Shown here piece after piece: positions 10,817 through 19,609 of a stretch of 64,000 nucleotides of DNA (position 1 is its first letter; each line of letters opens with the position of its first letter). Origin of the DNA: an uncultured Desulfobacter sp. (lineage in GTDB: Bacteria; Desulfobacterota; Desulfobacteria; Desulfobacterales; Desulfobacteraceae); contig OY762069.1 in the NCBI GenBank assembly GCA_963665095.1, positions 5,696,001 to 5,760,000 of the forward strand, given 5' to 3'. The position numbers and the translations under genes are program-made. The notes below the pieces were generated by a model that ran no database searches, had not been told where the DNA came from, and was given only the letters and a program-made list of their open reading frames with translations.

Positions 10817-11503
10817 TTATTTTTTATCCGGATCCATATCCGGGGAAGGCGTCTGGGCCTGGGTCGCTTTATTCCCGAAAAGACTGCCAAACGTCTTTCC
10901 CATGCCTTTGCGCACGGATTCACTGGTCAAAAGAACGGTTGCAGCCGCCCCTACAATGGCTCCCTTCCAGAACTGGTCGTCCTGGGCGGTTTCCGAATAG
11001 AGCGTCTTTACGACATCCGCCACAGAGGCATCCCCTTCGGCAAAATCTTCAACCGATTTAATGATATTGGAAAAATCGGGCTGACGGGCAGCTTCCTGGG
11101 CCGGATCCTGAATTGGGATCTGTCCGGGGGCCGCCTGCTGGGCGCCATAAAAAAACTGGCTGCCGGGTGCCGCCATCTGCACGGGCTGTCCCTGGAAACC
11201 CGGGGCATAGTACAACTGGCCCGTGGCCGGGTCCATTAAAATATTGGGCTGATACGGTGCCTGCTGACCCGTTCCCTGGGCCTGGGCGTCCTTTGCCGGA
11301 TCTAACGTCTGCTGTTCTGAGCCAGAGGCCCGTGATGACATACCCTGATCTGCCAAATCCGGTTCAGGCATGCTGTCTGCCGCAGATTCCGGGTTGGAAG
11401 AAGCAGCGCCCCGGGCGCTGTTTTCCATGCTTCCGGTTCCAGTCTCCGGGACCTGAGAAGCCTGGGCGCCATCCACAGAAGACTGATTATCGTGGGATTC
11501 CAT
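10817..11503 (-). CDS. Gly-zipper membrane protein with long disordered acidic/Gln-rich N-terminus
   Basis: DPATGQLYY and FWKGAIVGAAA shared with 9896..10252; RBS AGGAGG. Confidence 0.7.
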   Translation of the reverse strand: MESHDNQSSVDGAQASQVPETGTGSMENSARGAASSNPESAADSMPEPDLADQGMSSRASGSEQQTLDPAKDAQAQGTGQQAPYQPNILMDPATGQLYYAPGFQGQPVQMAAPGSQFFYGAQQAAPGQIPIQDPAQEAARQPDFSNIIKSVEDFAEGDASVADVVKTLYSETAQDDQFWKGAIVGAAATVLLTSESVRKGMGKTFGSLFGNKATQAQTPSPDMDPDKK

Positions 11504-11615
11504 CTATTCCTCCTAAAGGGGATATAAGTGTTATGTTAATCTAACATTTGGTATGTTTTTCAGAAAAAGAGCGCTCTTTTTTAATACCGAAAACAGCTCT
11601 GATTCTCAAGCTTTT

Positions 11616-12164
11616 TCAGGGAATCGGATCTGCAGAAGGGGTTCGTGCAAATTCTCCTTTACCTGAAATATCCACAATGTCTCTTACGGTCAGAAACAAA
11701 AGGCGCGGTGCCTTAAGCCCGTAGGCCCTGAATGACCACTTAAAATCCAGGTCAATGGAAAACCCTGATCCGTTCCGGGTGATCATGAAGTTCAAAGGCA
11801 GGCGGCGCCGGGCACCTATGAATTCCAGGGCAGCCTGCACACTGACCTGATACCGCGACTCATCCAGGCGTGAAAATCCTGTCTGTTCAATCATTTCAAC
11901 GCTGGCTTCAGGGTATTTATCAACCTGCATATACTCAAACATGGCCCGGTTGCGGTCATCAAACCCGGTATCAAAATGCCGGGTCTGGGCAACCGCCCGG
12001 GCATGGGTTAAAAGGCCTGAATGAAAATTAATTTCCATTTCCGCTTCCACCCCCTGACAGGTCCAGCCTTTAAAGGTATGAAGGGGGGCATATGCGATGA
12101 AACGAACGTCGTAGCCGCTGTTTAATGTATAGGTGTCAACAATTTCTTTAGTTTCGCAATTCAT
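11616..12164 (-). CDS. YceI-like lipid/polyisoprenoid-binding protein
   Basis: HTFKG, FDTG..DRN, KYP, YGLKAPRLLFL.V.D.V YceI pattern; overlaps the end of the upstream ATPase. Confidence 0.75.
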   Translation of the reverse strand: MNCETKEIVDTYTLNSGYDVRFIAYAPLHTFKGWTCQGVEAEMEINFHSGLLTHARAVAQTRHFDTGFDDRNRAMFEYMQVDKYPEASVEMIEQTGFSRLDESRYQVSVQAALEFIGARRRLPLNFMITRNGSGFSIDLDFKWSFRAYGLKAPRLLFLTVRDIVDISGKGEFARTPSADPIP

Positions 12165-14460
12165 CTTGGTCTTCTGACGGCTTTCCAGCCTTTTGTTCTA
12201 ATTTATGTCCCACAGGTTTCATGGGCTCACAGGGCGGTTCCCAGGAGAGAAGACGACCCGAATTGACCAGTATTCCTGCTGTATGAAAGATGTGAATCAT
12301 TCCGGCCATGACCGGAGAGAGTATTCCCAGCATGCCTAAGGCGGCACCTCCCAGGTCAGTAGATACCGCAAAATAGTGATTCTGGTCAATAACCTTCATG
12401 GTCTGGTGGCTTAAATTGCGCACTTTAATTAACCCTTCCAGGTTGGAATCAGCCAGGGCGATGTCGGCGGCTTCCAGGGCCACTTCGGCCCCACCGGCGC
12501 CTATGGCCACCCCGATGTCGGCCCGGGCCAGAGCCAGGGCATCGTTGACCCCGTCACCCACCATGACCACGCGATGCGCTTTTCGCAGTTCGTCCACCCG
12601 GTCGGCCTTTTCTTCGGGCAGCAACGGGGCCCGGCAATCGTCAAAGGGGAAGATATCCATCATGGTCCGGGCCACTTTTTCGCTGTCCCCGGTCACCAGA
12701 TGAATGGCCCTGACCCCGTCTTTTTTAAGACCCGAGAGCACTCTCACCGTTTCCGGACGGATGGGATTGGCGATCCCCATCATGCCCACGGCGCTGCCGT
12801 TCCTCGCCACATACACCACGGTGCGGCCCCTTGAAATTTCCCGGGCGCATATTTCGTCAAACCAGTCCGTCTCCACATCATTGTCAGACATAAATGCCTG
12901 GTTGCCCACCAGGACAACATCCTCGCATCCGATATTGCATGACACACCGCGGCCGGCCTGGAATTCACACACGGCATGAGCCCTGACATCCAGGTGGCGC
13001 GCCTTGGCCTCCTCCAGAATGGCCCGGGCCATGGGGTGCTGGTTGTGGGATTCTGCGGTGGCCGCCAGACTTAAAACATCATCTTCGGTCAGGTCAGGGT
13101 CCCGGCTTTCAATGGTCATGATCTGGGGGACATCACAGGTCAGGGTCCCGGTTTTATCAAAACAGTAGACATCGGTCTGTCCCACCAGCTCCAGATAGTA
13201 CCCGCCCTTGATCAAAATGGAGTGACGGGCCGCATTGGCCAGGGATGCGGTGATGGCGGATGATGCGGCCAGAACCGTGGCGCAGGGACAGGACATGACC
13301 AGCATCACGGTGAGTGCTCGCAACGGATCCAGTGTAAAGACCAGGGTGGCCAGGGTGGCGGCCAGGCCGATTTTCAAGAGTCGTGCGGCAAGCTCGTCCG
13401 CTTTCTGTTCCACCGGGGCCCGGTTGGCCAAAGAGTCCTCCACCAGACGCATGATACCGGCAAGATAGGTATCCTGTCCGGTTTTCATGGTGCGGATAAA
13501 CAAGGTTCCCTGGGAGATAATGGTTCCGGCGTATACCTTGTCGCCGATCTCCTTGAATACGGCTTCTGACCGGCCGTTAATTGTGGCCTCGTCCACCAGG
13601 GCGTCCCCGTCCAGGATAATCCCGTCCACAGGAATCTTCTCTCCGGTATGGGCTGCCACCACATCATCCGGGCGGATATCCGCCACCGGGGTCTCCACCT
13701 CCATACCGTCCCGCATTACATAAGCATTGGCCGGGGCCACCTCCAGGATGTTGCGGATGGCTTTTCTGGACCGCTGGGCCACATAGTCTTCGGTGAGCTC
13801 GGCCACATTGTAAATCCACAGAATCTGGATGGCGGAAAAGGCTTCCCCCATCATAATGGTGGCAATGGATCCGGCGGACAGGAACGGTTTGACCGTCACT
13901 TTTCTCTTTTCCGCCGTATCTTTGACAGCCTCTTTGATCAGAGGAATGGTGCCGGATATGGCGGCCAGCCCGAGAAAGGAAAGGGGGGTCTGGGCAAGGG
14001 CAAGGCCAAATACCCATTTGCGGATCAGGGCATAGACCATCACCCCAGAGAGCCAGCCCACCCGCCGGGCCTTGGATGAAAACGTAGCCGGCGTATCCAT
14101 TTCACACCGGCAACGGGTGCAGGCAGTGTTCTCATTTTCATTCTCAACATCACAGGTATCGGGAAAGGCCCTGGGGTTGGCCACCTGGATCAAAACAGCT
14201 GTAAGCAGGCCTGTAACATCTGCCTTTTCAGGATTAAATACAAGAATAACTGATCCGCTTGAGGGCCTGACATCAGCCTGGATGACGCCGGCATGAACCG
14301 CCATTACTTTCTGCATCCAAGCCGATTTTTGTTTGTTCTGACGGCAGACCGTCACTTGAACCCGCATCCTGCCCGGCATATACTGCCGGACCCGAATCCC
14401 GTTTTTTTTCAACAGGCCCGGGTTTAAAGGCCGGATTTTTCCATTTATCTTATTAGTCAT
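12148..14460 (-). CDS. P1B-type heavy-metal ATPase (SCPC / HIFHT), with NGRS in place of TGES
   Basis: DKTGT, GDGVND, HP; GRMRV N-terminal HMA-like domain, CTRCRC linker; ATG 14460 likely (ORF extends to 14523). Confidence 0.88.
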   Translation of the reverse strand: MTNKINGKIRPLNPGLLKKNGIRVRQYMPGRMRVQVTVCRQNKQKSAWMQKVMAVHAGVIQADVRPSSGSVILVFNPEKADVTGLLTAVLIQVANPRAFPDTCDVENENENTACTRCRCEMDTPATFSSKARRVGWLSGVMVYALIRKWVFGLALAQTPLSFLGLAAISGTIPLIKEAVKDTAEKRKVTVKPFLSAGSIATIMMGEAFSAIQILWIYNVAELTEDYVAQRSRKAIRNILEVAPANAYVMRDGMEVETPVADIRPDDVVAAHTGEKIPVDGIILDGDALVDEATINGRSEAVFKEIGDKVYAGTIISQGTLFIRTMKTGQDTYLAGIMRLVEDSLANRAPVEQKADELAARLLKIGLAATLATLVFTLDPLRALTVMLVMSCPCATVLAASSAITASLANAARHSILIKGGYYLELVGQTDVYCFDKTGTLTCDVPQIMTIESRDPDLTEDDVLSLAATAESHNQHPMARAILEEAKARHLDVRAHAVCEFQAGRGVSCNIGCEDVVLVGNQAFMSDNDVETDWFDEICAREISRGRTVVYVARNGSAVGMMGIANPIRPETVRVLSGLKKDGVRAIHLVTGDSEKVARTMMDIFPFDDCRAPLLPEEKADRVDELRKAHRVVMVGDGVNDALALARADIGVAIGAGGAEVALEAADIALADSNLEGLIKVRNLSHQTMKVIDQNHYFAVSTDLGGAALGMLGILSPVMAGMIHIFHTAGILVNSGRLLSWEPPCEPMKPVGHKLEQKAGKPSEDQDELRN

Positions 14461-14610
14461 ATTATTATCTTCAAAAGGGTTAATCTGGCCTGCCAAACTA
14501 TCACACCTCATTAGCCATTTCAAACTTTTATTTTATTTCTAATATTTTTTATAAAATAAATTTTAATTGTGAGTCTGCTCTAAATATTACATAGCTTAAA
14601 AAATTAATAC

Positions 14611-14639
14611 TTGACTATAAGATTAGTTGAAACTAATAT
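14611..14639 (+). promoter_or_regulatory. sigma70 promoter overlapped by a palindromic operator
   Basis: TTGACT-17 nt-TAATAT; perfect ATTAGTT-GA-AACTAAT at 14622-14637. Confidence 0.6.
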
Positions 14640-14676
14640 GCCGTGACAATATATCAATTGCTTTTATGGAGGAGAT

Positions 14677-14817
14677 ATGGCACCCTTTATTCCAATCGCT
14701 TGTGGTCTTGCCACCGTACTTACCTGTGCCCTTGCCGTGGAAACAGGCAAGGGGACTAAAAAAACCATTGAACGCAGAAAAAGAAGAAATGCCAGAAAAA
14801 CTGGATCCCGAAGTTAA
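14677..14817 (+). CDS. 46-aa small membrane protein (not in the ORF track)
   Basis: GGAGGAG RBS; MAPFIPIACGLATVLTCALAVETGKGTKKTIERRKRRNARKTGSRS*: hydrophobic N-terminus, basic tail. Confidence 0.65.
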   Translation: MAPFIPIACGLATVLTCALAVETGKGTKKTIERRKRRNARKTGSRS

Positions 14818-15028
14818 AAAAGAGATCGCTAAAATCACCATGACCGCCAGTTTAGGCGTGACCGTGATCACAGCGCCTTTTTTAAAAAAGAACAAAACTC
14901 TGAAAAATATCCATACCGGTGCCGGGGTATTGCTAGTGGGCAGTGCCCTGTGGCATCATTTTCTTTACCACTCTGAAAAAAAAGCAAAAAAGGCGATTCC
15001 TGCAGAACCGGAAACAAAAAAAGCCTGA
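14789..15028 (+). CDS. Small 2-TM His-containing membrane protein
   Basis: TM1 ASLGVTVITA, TM2 IHTGAGVLLVGSALWHH; ATG 14789 overlaps the small ORF. Confidence 0.65.
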   Translation: MPEKLDPEVKKEIAKITMTASLGVTVITAPFLKKNKTLKNIHTGAGVLLVGSALWHHFLYHSEKKAKKAIPAEPETKKA

Positions 15029-15284
15029 CGATTCTCCCGGCCCACTGATTCATGGTCAAAAATACTGTCCCTTGGGCTGGTTCGGCCGTTCCCTGATAAA
15101 TCTGGTACCAGGTGCCATGTCGGACCAACCCTTTAAAATTTCATACAGGTATCTGCATGTGAGCACCCGGATGTCATGATGCGGCTTTTTAACTTAGTTT
15201 AAAAAATAAAACTAGCAATCACAGACATTTATAAAAAATCAGCCCATGTTAGCGGTGATTAAAATATATAATAAAATTAACGCG

Positions 15285-15313
15285 TTGACAAATAAGATGA
15301 CGGGTTTTATGAT
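15285..15313 (+). promoter_or_regulatory. sigma70 promoter
   Basis: TTGACA-17 nt-TATGAT upstream of 15387. Confidence 0.7.
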
Positions 15314-15386
15314 ATTGATCATGGGAAATATCCCTTTGGTAATTTCCATGAGTCAATAAAAAGATGTCAAGACAAAGGAGGAAATT

Positions 15387-15569
15387 ATGTTTTATCTGCC
15401 ATTGACAGCATCTCCCCTTGGCTGGATCATCCTTGGAGCCGGCGGGTACGCCCTTTATAAAGCCGGCAAGAGAAAAGGCCAGGATGAAGCAGCTGCATCC
15501 CAGATCACGGAAATTCCAAAAGAGGATGATAAAACCAAAACCACCACAGCCAAAGGAGCTAAATCATGA
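15387..15569 (+). CDS. Small Gly-rich membrane protein (FezA-like)
   Basis: PLGWIILGAGGYALYKAGK; RBS AGGAGG. Confidence 0.7.
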   Translation: MFYLPLTASPLGWIILGAGGYALYKAGKRKGQDEAAASQITEIPKEDDKTKTTTAKGAKS

Positions 15570-15835
15570 GTGTACCTGTAGTTGCGCATCCCTTGGGATG
15601 GATTGTTCTCGGCGCCGCCGGCTTTCTCACCTATAAGGCAGGAAAAAAAGCCGGTCTGGAAAACAGCCAGGATGTCACCAAAACCAGTTTGTCCGACCGA
15701 ATGGTCAAAGGAGCAATGAAAACCGTTTATAAAACCCAGAAAAATGTTTCCGAGGCCTTTGGAAAAACAAAAGAAAAATACGGCACCATGTGGTCAGAAG
15801 CCAGGGAAGAAGCAGAGGCAAAGCCAGCCAGCTAG
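15566..15835 (+). CDS. Small Gly-rich membrane protein with C-terminal amphipathic helix (FezA-like paralog)
   Basis: PLGWIVLGAAGFLTYKAGK; ATGA coupling; WSEAREEAE. Confidence 0.72.
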   Translation: MSVPVVAHPLGWIVLGAAGFLTYKAGKKAGLENSQDVTKTSLSDRMVKGAMKTVYKTQKNVSEAFGKTKEKYGTMWSEAREEAEAKPAS

Positions 15836-15933
15836 AAATTTGGCATGCTTGAGTGCTGATCTCCCCAGAAATAGAGCTTAGCACCCCCCTGCGTTTGAAC
15901 GGCTCGCAAGAGAAGTTCATGCCCACAACATTT

Positions 15934-16686
15934 TCAGGCAGTCCGGACGATGACTGCGCCAGCCTTTTCCGGCGTAAGAAAAAGGCGCAGTCCTCCCGGG
16001 CTTGATATGGTCACAGGTTCAGTATCAGGCCCGTGACCCTGAAGAGAGGTTGCCTGATCAATGGATTCCAGATACAGAGAAACACCGACCTTCACCCCAT
16101 GGGTCTCCAGATGCTGAACGCTTCTGGGACCGCCCATCAGCTCTGTCACTTCAAAGGCCACGCCTTTTTTTGCAAAATAGAACTGGGTCAGACCCTGGTT
16201 GGGATAATTGCCCCAGATTTTGGCCGCCTCCCCTTCTGACAGCCGGGTTCTTTCCCGGCCGTTGATCAGGGTCACATAATCCATATGCGGCATGGACCGG
16301 ATAAAACGGATATTTTCGTCATCAGGCAGGCCCAATCGCTCCAGGGCTTTTTCAAGAAAGCGACCCCCGGAATGGATCTCAATATGGCCCTTCTGGCCTT
16401 TTTCCATTTGTGCCAAAGGAATTTTTTCGCCGGATTCCAGATGTATATATAATTTCATCACAAGACCTGCGGGAATAATCACATCCCCCTTGGTCCCGTG
16501 CACCCGCACTGAATAAAAGTTGACTTCCTGGTCATGGCGAATGATCTTTGCCCCGGGAAACAGCCCCATATGTTTCAGCCATTTCTCCACATGGGAGTTG
16601 GTGACCTGGAGCAAAACAAGTTCGGTGTTTACCGGTGCATCAATCAATGACGAATAGATATTTCCATCTTTAGGCATGGTGATCAT
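15934..16686 (-). CDS. Multi-domain FeoA-family protein
   Basis: Three FeoA-like units (LKHMGLFPG, LERLGLPDD, LETHGVKVG; LSEGEAAKI, LTPEKAGAV); overlaps the ATPase end. Confidence 0.75.
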   Translation of the reverse strand: MITMPKDGNIYSSLIDAPVNTELVLLQVTNSHVEKWLKHMGLFPGAKIIRHDQEVNFYSVRVHGTKGDVIIPAGLVMKLYIHLESGEKIPLAQMEKGQKGHIEIHSGGRFLEKALERLGLPDDENIRFIRSMPHMDYVTLINGRERTRLSEGEAAKIWGNYPNQGLTQFYFAKKGVAFEVTELMGGPRSVQHLETHGVKVGVSLYLESIDQATSLQGHGPDTEPVTISSPGGLRLFLTPEKAGAVIVRTA

Positions 16687-18787
16687 TGTCCTGTTTTGTA
16701 GTTTCCGGAATCATGGCCCGCTGCTCCCTCATTGCGGCATAGCCCAGAATCCCCACGGTGCTTGCATTGTGCAGAATAGCAGCGGCCACAGGTTTGAGCC
16801 ACCCCAAAGAGGCCATCAGCAGAAATGACGAATTCAGGGAAACTGCCGATACAAAGGACTGTTTAATGGTTCCCTGGCAGCGCAGTGCGATCAGGCGCCC
16901 GGTGAGCAGGCAGTTCAGGTCCTCCTTGAGCAGAATCACCTGAGCCGACTCCTTGGCAAGATCCGCCCCCGATGGCAGGCAGATGCCCACATCCGCCGAT
17001 ACCAGGGCAGGCGCATCATTCACCCCGTCTCCGGTAAAGCCTAGGATACAGCCTTCCTCCTTGAGCCGGGCAACAATATCAGCCTTATCCTCGGGCCTGA
17101 GATCTGCGTACACGTCGTCCACATCCGGCAGATATTGGGCCAGGGCCTTTGCCGTACGTTCCGTATCCCCGGTCAGAATTACTATTTTCTTAATGCCTGC
17201 GGCCTTGAGCCCGGAAAGCACGCTACACGCTTCCGGTCGAAGCTCATCCCGCAGACCCAAGACCCCTTCGAGCATCCCGTCCCGGGCCACATAAAGCAGG
17301 CTTTTTCCCTCCTCTTCAAAGGCCTGGGCCTCTTTGTCTGCGCCGGAACAGTCAATGCCTTCGTCGTCCTCTATGAAATGGCGGCTTCCCACCAGGACGT
17401 TGAGATCGTCAATATAGGCAGAGACACCATGTGCCACGATAAAGTCCACCTGGCTGGTGGGAGAAAATTCCAGATGTCTTTCCCGGGCCGCACCCACCAC
17501 GGCCGCTGCCACGGGATGTGCGTAATGCTCTTCCGCAGAGGCAGCCAGTGCCAGCAGCTGATCACTGTCAAGCCCGTTGACACTGACCACGTCCGTCACC
17601 TGGAGTTTGCCTGAAGTCAGGGTACCGGTTTTATCAAACACCAGGGTGTCCACCCGGGCCAGACTGTCCATGGCCTGGGCACCCTTGAGCAGCACCCCCT
17701 GCCGGGCCGCCGTGTGCATGGCCACCCGCACAGCCACGGGGCTGGACAGTTTAATAACGCAGGAGTAGTCCACGGTGAGTACGGCAGCTGCCTTTTCCAG
17801 ATCACGGGTAAGTGCAAACAGACCCACACCCAGCCCGAAAGTAACAGGCACCAGCTTATCCGCCAGCTCATCGCTTCTCTTCTGGGAATCGGATTCATAC
17901 CGCAAAGAGTCTTCCAGGAACTTTGAAATCCTGGCCACTGAAGTTTCCGCACCTACACGCACGGCCTCAAATATGATACGTCCCTCTTCAATCACGGAAC
18001 CGGAGATCACCTCATCCCCGGGTTTGACATGAACCGGCACAGACTCTCCGGTCACAGAACTCTGGTTGACAGCCGCCTCGCCTTCCAGGACCCGGCCGTC
18101 CAGGGGAATCATCTCGCCGGGCCCCACCACCACCCGGTCACCAATGCCGGCCTCTTCAAAGGGGATCTGGATCTCCTGCCCGTCTTTTTCGATCCATATT
18201 TTATCAACCTGGGGCTTTAACAGGCTTTTAAGCAGGCCCGTGGTCCTTGTTTCACTAATTTTTTCAAAATACTCGCCCAGGGCCAGGAGAAAGACAATGG
18301 AGGCTGCGGTAAAATAGTCCCGCCGCCATAAAGAAAAGGAAACCGCAGCCGCATCCAGCACCTCCACCTTAACCTGCCGGTTCCAGAGACAGGCCACCCC
18401 GTCAATGATCACCGGGGCCGACAGCATCAGGGCCAGGGGTGCACCAAAGAGTTTGGGAAGAAAAAAACAGGCCAGGGCCAGGGCGCCTTTTGCCGTCAGG
18501 CCAAGAAGGGACGGCGGCGCCTTTCTGTCGTTTTTTCCGTTAAAGACATCCAGAGGCAGATCCTGGATGCAGCCAAGCACAGCAGACCGGGTCTCTTTAC
18601 GGCTGTCATATTGGATAATCAGGGAGGAGGCACGACTGTTGAGCCGGGCCGATTCCACACCCGGAATAATCTCCAGGGTGGCTTCCAGGTAGTCGGGGTC
18701 TAGGTCCGGATCTCGCAGGAACCGCCCTTTCAGCCGCATTCGGTTCGGCAGTTCGCTGACAATGGTCAAGGGACGGGTCAGGCTCAT
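16670..18787 (-). CDS. fezB: P1B-6-type ATPase, ferrosome FezB-like
   Basis: TM4 DYSC-xxKL, TM6 HNAST, N-terminal RMRL, TGES, DKTGT, GDGVND: the signature described for ferrosome P1B-6 ATPases. Confidence 0.8.
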   Translation of the reverse strand: MSLTRPLTIVSELPNRMRLKGRFLRDPDLDPDYLEATLEIIPGVESARLNSRASSLIIQYDSRKETRSAVLGCIQDLPLDVFNGKNDRKAPPSLLGLTAKGALALACFFLPKLFGAPLALMLSAPVIIDGVACLWNRQVKVEVLDAAAVSFSLWRRDYFTAASIVFLLALGEYFEKISETRTTGLLKSLLKPQVDKIWIEKDGQEIQIPFEEAGIGDRVVVGPGEMIPLDGRVLEGEAAVNQSSVTGESVPVHVKPGDEVISGSVIEEGRIIFEAVRVGAETSVARISKFLEDSLRYESDSQKRSDELADKLVPVTFGLGVGLFALTRDLEKAAAVLTVDYSCVIKLSSPVAVRVAMHTAARQGVLLKGAQAMDSLARVDTLVFDKTGTLTSGKLQVTDVVSVNGLDSDQLLALAASAEEHYAHPVAAAVVGAARERHLEFSPTSQVDFIVAHGVSAYIDDLNVLVGSRHFIEDDEGIDCSGADKEAQAFEEEGKSLLYVARDGMLEGVLGLRDELRPEACSVLSGLKAAGIKKIVILTGDTERTAKALAQYLPDVDDVYADLRPEDKADIVARLKEEGCILGFTGDGVNDAPALVSADVGICLPSGADLAKESAQVILLKEDLNCLLTGRLIALRCQGTIKQSFVSAVSLNSSFLLMASLGWLKPVAAAILHNASTVGILGYAAMREQRAMIPETTKQDNDHHA

Positions 18788-19203
18788 TGGGCCTGCCCTT
18801 CCGGGGTATCACAGGAAGATTCCGGTGCCTTTTTCATTATCCGGTCAATCATGTACCCGGCCCCGGCCAGGGCTGCGGCGGTAAGCCCGATGTCCAGAAG
18901 GGTTTTCTTCTCGGTCAGGGAGAGAATCACGGTGGCAGCCACCCCTTTGGCCAGGCCATTGGCCACGGCGGCGGATTTGCTCAGGGTGCCGTTTTGCACA
19001 TCCACCATATTTGAGCCGAGGGTGGCGGCAGAGGCGATGGTCACGGTGATGGCTGCAAACTCCCAGGCGGGAAACTGCTCCCGGGGTATTGGAATGGGGG
19101 CAAAAAGTGCCGGTCCTGGAACCGGGGTTACGGGTATCGGTGTTGTGTCTGCAGCCAGGAAAGGATGCTGAACCGGTGCCTGAACCGGGGATTGTATATT
19201 CAT
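18784..19203 (-). CDS. MamC-like Ala/Gly-rich membrane protein with Pro-rich N-terminus
   Basis: ATLGSNMVDVQNGTLSKSAA..LAKG; ATGA-coupled to the fezB-like gene. Confidence 0.6.
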   Translation of the reverse strand: MNIQSPVQAPVQHPFLAADTTPIPVTPVPGPALFAPIPIPREQFPAWEFAAITVTIASAATLGSNMVDVQNGTLSKSAAVANGLAKGVAATVILSLTEKKTLLDIGLTAAALAGAGYMIDRIMKKAPESSCDTPEGQAQ

Positions 19204-19329
19204 TATGATCTGCCTTGTATTTGTTTTCCTGAAGATTATAAGCCATTGCTTAAATCAGGAAATATATTACGACAGACAACCGGCGTAACGCAAGACAAAA
19301 TCAACTATTCTTTACACAAAGAACTATCT

Positions 19330-19596
19330 CTACTTTAACTGACTATCTTTACTCCCTCTTCTATTAATGCCGGTTGACGCTGTCCGGGAGGCCTCATGCT
19401 CGGTCTGGCAGTCCACGCACAACCTCACCCCGGGCAGCGCCTTTCTGCGACCTTCCGGGATCTCTTCTCCGCATATCTGACAGTGGGTGAGGCTTTCACC
19501 TTTAGGCATCCTGCTCCTGGCAAGGCTTACGGCGTCTTCCACACCCGCATCAATCTGTTCCTGTACGGCCCCGTCCCGGGCCCATCCAACAGCCAT
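19330..19596 (-). CDS. DksA/TraR C4 zinc-finger protein (YbiI-like)
   Basis: MAVGWARDGAVQEQID..CQICGEEIPEGRR..LCVDCQ..NRRGSKDSQL. Confidence 0.92.
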   Translation of the reverse strand: MAVGWARDGAVQEQIDAGVEDAVSLARSRMPKGESLTHCQICGEEIPEGRRKALPGVRLCVDCQTEHEASRTASTGINRRGSKDSQLK

Positions 19597-19609
19597 AATT
19601 CCCTTCCTA

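Noticed and set aside
7485..19203. Magnetosome island
   Set aside because: No recognisable mamA/B/E/K/M/O/P/Q; a ferrosome-type cluster fits better
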